A DNA stretch of 30,541 bases. It comes from an uncultured Planctomycetales bacterium (lineage in GTDB: Bacteria > Omnitrophota > Gorgyraeia > Gygaellales > Profunditerraquicolaceae). This document shows, piece after piece, positions 25,689 to 30,541 of this stretch (positions are counted from its first letter, which is position 1; every line of letters starts with the position of its first letter). The DNA is taken from positions 1 through 30,541 of the forward strand of contig CAZKQC010000001.1 of the NCBI GenBank assembly GCA_964554825.1, written 5' to 3'. Below the pieces are notes generated by a model. It was not told the DNA's origin. It saw only the letters and a program-made list of their open reading frames with translations, and ran no database searches. Both the position numbers and the translations under genes were made by a program.

Positions 25689-26502
25689 GAGCTTAGACGA
25701 GATAGAGTTTGTTATCTTCGATACCGAAACCACCGGTTTATCCCCGGAGTCAGGCGACAGGGTGGTGGAGTTAGCTGCGCTCAGATTCAAAGGCCAGGAA
25801 AGGAAGGGGGTGTTTCAGACTTTGCTGGACCCACAGCGCCCGATTTCCGAGGCTGCCTTTGCAGTCAATCATATCAGCCCCGAGATGCTCGAAGGAGCGC
25901 CTACCATAGATATGGTAATGCCCGGGTTCCTGGAATTTATTAAAGCAAGCTGCCTATGTTCTTATAATGCCGGATTTGACCTGGCCTTTCTGAACAATGA
26001 GTTGAAGATTGCCGGAGGCGATTTTCCTTCCGGGGTCATGGTGGTGGATATACTCAAGATGGCTAGGCGGCTCCTGCCTCAACTGGAGCGTTATGCGCTC
26101 TGGTTTGTGGCGGAAAGACTCGGCATTAAGGCAGTGCAGCAACACCGTGCCTTTTCCGACGTAGAGTTGACTTTGGAAGTATTTAATAAATTAAAAGAGA
26201 TTCTAAAAGCCAAAGAGATATCTGATTTTGGTAATTTCTTAAGCCTGTTTGGCCTGCCCTCCGGCACGCTTGAAGATATAAACAATCAGAAAATCTCCAG
26301 GATACAGGAGGCGATAGGCCTGGGCGTTAAGCTTAAAATAAAATATATTTCCAGCGCTAGCGCGCAGGTTTCTGAAAGAGAGGTAGTTCCGAAAGAGGTA
26401 AGGCAGGAGAGGGGCCGCAGCTACTTGATAGCTCATTGCTGTGTAAAAAAAGAAGAAAGGTCGTTTAGAATAGACGGTATATTGTCTCTTGTGATTGTTT
26501 GA
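25681..26502 (+). CDS. DEDDh 3'-5' exonuclease (DnaQ/PolC-exo-like) fused to a C-terminal WYL domain
   Basis: Exo I FDTETTG, Exo II YNAGFD and Exo III HRAFSD. The last ~70 aa read IKY......SEREVVP...RSYLIAHC..KKEERSFRIDGI (WYL pattern). ATG 25681 has an AGAGG RBS. Confidence 0.87.
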   Translation: MHKSLDEIEFVIFDTETTGLSPESGDRVVELAALRFKGQERKGVFQTLLDPQRPISEAAFAVNHISPEMLEGAPTIDMVMPGFLEFIKASCLCSYNAGFDLAFLNNELKIAGGDFPSGVMVVDILKMARRLLPQLERYALWFVAERLGIKAVQQHRAFSDVELTLEVFNKLKEILKAKEISDFGNFLSLFGLPSGTLEDINNQKISRIQEAIGLGVKLKIKYISSASAQVSEREVVPKEVRQERGRSYLIAHCCVKKEERSFRIDGILSLVIV

Positions 26503-26506
26503 CCAG

Positions 26507-27628
26507 ATGGAGCTAAAAAGAATAACTCTGCCTTTTGTAGTCAGGGAGCCGGTTTTAGCGCTCGGGGCGCAGACTAAAAATACCCTCTGTTTCACGCAGG
26601 GCAGCTCTGCTTATTTAACTGGCTTGCATCCTGACTTGAGCAACCCAAAAGACTTCGCTGATTTTAAAAAAGACCTCTCTGTTTTGCTGAAGAAAGATCC
26701 GCAAGTCATTGCTTATGATTTGCATCCAGAGTATCAATCGACCAAAGAGGCCTTTAAGTTATCGGCTTATGGGTATCGCATAGTAGGCGTGCAGCATCAC
26801 CATGCCCATCTCACCGCCTGTATGGCGGAAAATGGGGTAAGAAATCAGCGTGTAATCGGAGTGGCTTTTGACGGTACGGGGCTGGGGGATGATAACTCTC
26901 TCTGGGGAGGGGAGTTTTTAGTTTGCGATTACGGCTTATTCAAAAGGAGGGCGCACCTGAAAGAGATCCCCCTGTTAGGCTTGGCGCAGGCAATAAGAGA
27001 GCCTTGGAGACTCGCTGCAGCCTGGCTCTACCAAATATATAAAGACAGATTTCTAGAACAAAGGATCAATTTTATAGAAGGCGTAGATAAGAGAAAATGG
27101 CGCGTTTTGAAAAATATGTATGCAGTCGGGATTAATTCCCCGTTGACCAGCAGCATGGGCAGGCTTTTTGACGCAGTCGCCAGCCTGGTTTTAAGAAAGT
27201 ATAAGGCAGGCTTTGAGGCAGAGTTAGCTTTGGAGCTGGAGAGGCTGTCGCTCTCTTACAGAGGGAAAGCACGGCCGTATCTTTTTAGGATCAGCTTAAG
27301 GCAAGGCAGATATATTATCGACCCTGCGCCGCTTTTCAAAGAGGTAATTAAAAACCTAAAGTCCGGGGTCTTGAAAGAAGAAATTGCCTACAGGTTTCAT
27401 TTAGGCGTAGCCGGGATGGTAGAAAAGGTAGCAGGGTTATTAAGAAAAGAATCCGGTATTAATAAAGTCGCGCTTTGCGGTGGAGTTTTTCAAAACAATC
27501 TCCTGACGCGCTTGAGCCAGGAGTCGCTAGAGAGAGCTGGTTTTGCGGTTCTTGGGCCCAGGAAATTATCGCCTTCGGATTCCGGTATTTCTCTGGGGCA
27601 GGCAGCCGTAGCGCATTTTAAGGAGTGA
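26507..27628 (+). CDS. hypF: HypF carbamoyltransferase, C-terminal Kae1-like portion only (lacks acylphosphatase, Zn-finger and YrdC domains)
   Basis: VLALGAQTKNT, AYDLHPEY, QHHHAH, AFDGTG.G.D...WGGE, TSSMGRLFDA, GGVFQN and ISLGQA. Only ~373 aa, against ~750 aa for canonical HypF. Confidence 0.88.
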   Translation: MELKRITLPFVVREPVLALGAQTKNTLCFTQGSSAYLTGLHPDLSNPKDFADFKKDLSVLLKKDPQVIAYDLHPEYQSTKEAFKLSAYGYRIVGVQHHHAHLTACMAENGVRNQRVIGVAFDGTGLGDDNSLWGGEFLVCDYGLFKRRAHLKEIPLLGLAQAIREPWRLAAAWLYQIYKDRFLEQRINFIEGVDKRKWRVLKNMYAVGINSPLTSSMGRLFDAVASLVLRKYKAGFEAELALELERLSLSYRGKARPYLFRISLRQGRYIIDPAPLFKEVIKNLKSGVLKEEIAYRFHLGVAGMVEKVAGLLRKESGINKVALCGGVFQNNLLTRLSQESLERAGFAVLGPRKLSPSDSGISLGQAAVAHFKE

Positions 27629-27631
27629 TCT

Positions 27632-27841
27632 ATGTGTCTTGGTATCCCGATGAGGGTAAAAAAGATAATGGGAGATTTTGCCCAAGTAGAGGCTGGTACG
27701 CTTGTGCGTACCGCTAATATCCAAATGCTCTCAGGCCTGAAGGAAGGCGACTATGTTATTATTCACGCAGGTTTCGCCATAGAAAAAGTTGATCCGGACA
27801 GGGCCAGGGAGACGCTTAAAATAATCCATGAAATACATTGA
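27632..27841 (+). CDS. hypC: [NiFe]-hydrogenase maturation chaperone HypC/HupF
   Basis: N-terminal MCLGIP and GDYVIIHAGFAI. Confidence 0.95.
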   Translation: MCLGIPMRVKKIMGDFAQVEAGTLVRTANIQMLSGLKEGDYVIIHAGFAIEKVDPDRARETLKIIHEIH

Positions 27842-28919
27842 TGAATTCCGCAATGCGAAGTTAGTGCGTAGGGTTGCCCAGAGGATAAGCCTTTGCGCTC
27901 CCGAGGATAAGCTACGCATCATGGAAGTATGCGGCAGCCATACCCACAGCTTTTACAGATTTGGGTTGGCGAAATTGCTGCCGCAAAACATTGAATTTAT
28001 CTCTGGGCCAGGCTGTCCGGTCTGCGTGTCAGCTCCTGCCTATATTGATAACGCGATACGCTTTGCGCAGGATGAAAATACCATCGTTCTGACGTTCGGA
28101 GATATGCTGCGGCTGCCGGGCGAAAAGTCTTCTCTGGAGTCAGAAAGGGCTGAGGGCGCCTTTGTGCTGGTGGTTTATTCCGTATTAGAGGCGATTCGCC
28201 TAGCCAAAGAAAACCCTGACAAGAGAGTCATTTTCTTAGCGGTGGGTTTTGAGACTACAGCGCCCACCATTGCCCTGGCCGTTATCCGTGCCAAGAAAGA
28301 AAATATACGCAACCTCTTCTTTTACTCTTCGTTAAAACTTATTCCCCCTGCCCTGGAATACCTGGCCAGAGATAAGAAGTTGGATATCTCTGGTTTTCTT
28401 CTGCCCGGGCACGTCTCTGCTATTATTGGAACAAAACCCTATGAATTTATCCCTAAAAGATATAAAATAGGTTGTTGTGTCAGCGGGTTTGAGCCTCTAG
28501 ATATGCTGGAGGGTATTTATCTGCTTATAGAGCAGGTAGTTAAAAGAAATCCGAAAGTCCAGAATCAGTATAGTCGGGTAGTAAAAAAGGGGGGCAACCT
28601 CAGGGCAAAGAAGCTGATCTCGCAGGTATTTAAGGTCTCTGCTGCTAACTGGCGCGGGTTAGGCCGCATACCCGCAAGCGGGCTTGAGTTACAGGAGGAA
28701 TTTCTGCGCTTTGATGCCCGAAGGCTTGGGGATTGCGGCCGGGAAGGTAATGTTATCAGCCGGCCGCAGGAAAGATGCCGTTGTGCAGACGTAATCAGGG
28801 GGTTGGTTGGACCAGCGCAGTGTGTTTTGTTTCGCAAGACCTGCAATCCAGAGCATCCTTATGGTCCGTGTATGATTTCCAGCGAAGGTGCATGCAATGC
28901 GTATTATAAGTACCGTTAG
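27828..28919 (+). CDS. hypD: [NiFe]-hydrogenase maturation protein HypD
   Basis: MEVCGSHT, GPGCPVC, GFETT, PGHVS, GFEP and C-terminal Fe-S cysteines ending GPCMISSEGAC. Confidence 0.96.
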   Translation: MKYIDEFRNAKLVRRVAQRISLCAPEDKLRIMEVCGSHTHSFYRFGLAKLLPQNIEFISGPGCPVCVSAPAYIDNAIRFAQDENTIVLTFGDMLRLPGEKSSLESERAEGAFVLVVYSVLEAIRLAKENPDKRVIFLAVGFETTAPTIALAVIRAKKENIRNLFFYSSLKLIPPALEYLARDKKLDISGFLLPGHVSAIIGTKPYEFIPKRYKIGCCVSGFEPLDMLEGIYLLIEQVVKRNPKVQNQYSRVVKKGGNLRAKKLISQVFKVSAANWRGLGRIPASGLELQEEFLRFDARRLGDCGREGNVISRPQERCRCADVIRGLVGPAQCVLFRKTCNPEHPYGPCMISSEGACNAYYKYR

Positions 28920-28923
28920 AAAA

Positions 28924-30541
28924 ATGAAACCGATAATCGGCCTGCTAACCGTTGTTTTACTGGCCGGATGTAATCAGGATCCAAAGGCCCGGCAGGCAAA
29001 AGATTATGCTGCCCAGTCCCAGGTTCAGTATGAGCGCGCGGTAAACCTCTATAAAGATTTAATTACAAAAGGCAGAGGCCTGGACGGGATTTATCTTGAA
29101 TTGGGCCAGCTTTATTACAGGCATGGTGATTTTACTCAGGCAATAGCGCAACTGCGCAATGTCAGGGCAGATCAGGCAAAAAAGCTTCTGGCAATTGCCT
29201 ATTACCGGCTGGGAGATTTCACCGATGCCCTGGGGGCTTTTGATAAAAGCGAGAATATCGACGATGAAGGACTGTATTACTACGGCCTTACCTGTGAAAA
29301 GCTTAATCTTTTCGACCAGGCGATAGAGGTCTATAAAAAGATAAAAGCTAAGGAATGGGCTGTTCTGGCTTCAGGGCGGATGAATAGCATCGAGAGGCAG
29401 GTTAATACGTTCAACATAGTAAACATAAGTCCTGAAACCGCAGACATTATCTCCAGGGCCCCCAGCGAAGAGCTCTATCCTCAAGCAGGCGCGCTTATCC
29501 TTGCCTGCAACGAAAAGATAGAAGTAAAGTCAGATAATACCCAGGTTTCAACCCTGCATTATATCGTCAAGATTTTAAATGAACGGGGGAAAGAGAGTTT
29601 TTCCGAGAGCCATATAGAATACGATTCTACCTATGAAAAGGTAGAACTGGAATACGCGCGCACCATAAAACCGGACGGCACGTTCTTTGAAGTCGGCAGC
29701 CGCCATATACGCGATGTCTCAAGGTATTTAAACTTCCCGCTTTATAGCAATGCGCGCATTTTTATCATCTCTTTCCCCGAGATTACCGAAGGGGCGGTAG
29801 TGGAGTATAAGATCAGGATCTCCCGCAGCCAGCTTATTAATAAAAAAGATTTTGTATTCAGTTACCCCCTGCAGGCACAAGAACCGATCATTACGGCAAG
29901 CTTCAGCGTTACTTTTCCCGAGACGAGAAATTTCAATATAAAGAACATCAACGATAACTACAACGGTTTCAAGGCAGATTTGAAACCTATCATACAAGAA
30001 AATGCTAAAGAGCGGATTTACAGCTGGCAGTTTAAAGATATCCCCCAGATAGTCCCGGAGTCAAATATGCCCCCCGGGGTAGAGATAAACCCGGCTATGC
30101 TCATCTCTACATTCAGAAGCTGGAAAGAGGTATATGACTGGTGGTGGCAGCTCGCCAGGGATAAGATCAAGGCAGACGCTGCTATTAAAGAAAAAGTTAA
30201 AGGACTGACAGCCGGTATGCGTTCCGAAGAAGCCAAGGCCAGGGCAATATATAATTTCTGCGCGCAAAAGATACGTTACGTGGCCGTAGAATACGGACAG
30301 GCAGGCTATGAGCCGCATAAAGCCGAGGACATTTTTAGAAATAAATACGGCGATTGCAAGGACCAGGCGATACTTTTGGTCACCATGTTAAAAGAGGCAG
30401 GGCTCACTGCCTGGCCCGTGCTTATCCCGACCAAAGAATGCTATAATCTGGACGAAGATTTTCCGGCCGTACTCTTCAATCACTGCATTGCCGCGCTCTC
30501 GCTAAGAAACGATGTTATTTTCCTCGACCCTACTGCCGAGA
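28924..30541 (+). CDS. Lipoprotein with N-terminal TPR-like repeats, DUF3857 and a transglutaminase-like domain (3'-partial; not in the ORF track)
   Basis: Manual translation from ATG 28924: MKPIIGLLTVVLLAG-C lipobox; TPR-like LGQLYYRHGDF..A and LAIAYYRLGDF..A; DUF3857-like KILNERG...YARTIKPDG...FPEITEGAVVEY; IRYVAVEYG...GDCKD (Cys 30355), FNHC (His 30481), FLDPT (Asp 30526). The checkpoints I translated stay in frame and no stop was seen before the edge. Confidence 0.88.
   Translation, partial: MKPIIGLLTVVLLAGCNQDPKARQAKDYAAQSQVQYERAVNLYKDLITKGRGLDGIYLELGQLYYRHGDFTQAIAQLRNVRADQAKKLLAIAYYRLGDFTDALGAFDKSENIDDEGLYYYGLTCEKLNLFDQAIEVYKKIKAKEWAVLASGRMNSIERQVNTFNIVNISPETADIISRAPSEELYPQAGALILACNEKIEVKSDNTQVSTLHYIVKILNERGKESFSESHIEYDSTYEKVELEYARTIKPDGTFFEVGSRHIRDVSRYLNFPLYSNARIFIISFPEITEGAVVEYKIRISRSQLINKKDFVFSYPLQAQEPIITASFSVTFPETRNFNIKNINDNYNGFKADLKPIIQENAKERIYSWQFKDIPQIVPESNMPPGVEINPAMLISTFRSWKEVYDWWWQLARDKIKADAAIKEKVKGLTAGMRSEEAKARAIYNFCAQKIRYVAVEYGQAGYEPHKAEDIFRNKYGDCKDQAILLVTMLKEAGLTAWPVLIPTKECYNLDEDFPAVLFNHCIAALSLRNDVIFLDPTAE

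Noticed and set aside
32-30318. All minus-strand ORFs in the track (60-149 aa) and short alternative-frame plus-strand ORFs such as 124-312, 2431-2694, 3702-3890, 6509-6727, 11268-11741 and 24428-24682
   Set aside because: Each lies within or across longer + strand genes with clear family motifs, and none shows a recognisable motif. They are treated as shadow ORFs.
1-30541. tRNA, rRNA, CRISPR arrays, IS elements, integrases
   Set aside because: Coding density is near complete, and I saw no repeat-spacer pattern, cloverleaf, transposase or recombinase motif.

Overview
Bacterial window with every supported gene on the + strand (27 CDS, including one interrupted and two cut by the window edges). 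The gene families resemble Candidatus Omnitrophota/PVC-type genomes, but that is inference only. Block 1 (<1-23817) is a tightly packed operon-like run. It encodes 11 radical SAM enzymes (4 with an N-terminal cobalamin-binding-type domain, 7 with a short C-terminal Cys-rich SPASM/twitch-type domain), a DPM/ArnC-like GT2, a class I methyltransferase, a YdjC/ChbG/HpnK deacetylase, three GT-C-type membrane glycosyltransferases, a membrane-anchored SGNH enzyme and a PKD lipoprotein. One GT-C is fused to a duplicated ~215-aa domain and another is split by an in-frame TAG. My best reading is a cell-envelope glycan or glycolipid tailoring pathway with an unusually large amount of radical chemistry; the product is unknown. 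Block 2 (23975->30541) follows a good sigma70-type promoter. It encodes a stand-alone tRNA-binding (MetG-C/Trbp111) domain, a YkgJ Cys-cluster protein, a DUF2156 aminoacyl-transferase-like protein, a DEDDh exonuclease-WYL fusion, an N-terminally truncated HypF, HypC, HypD, and a TPR/DUF3857/transglutaminase lipoprotein that runs off the right edge and is absent from the ORF track. I saw no rRNA, tRNA, CRISPR array or mobile element. All family assignments come from motif recognition by eye, not database searches.
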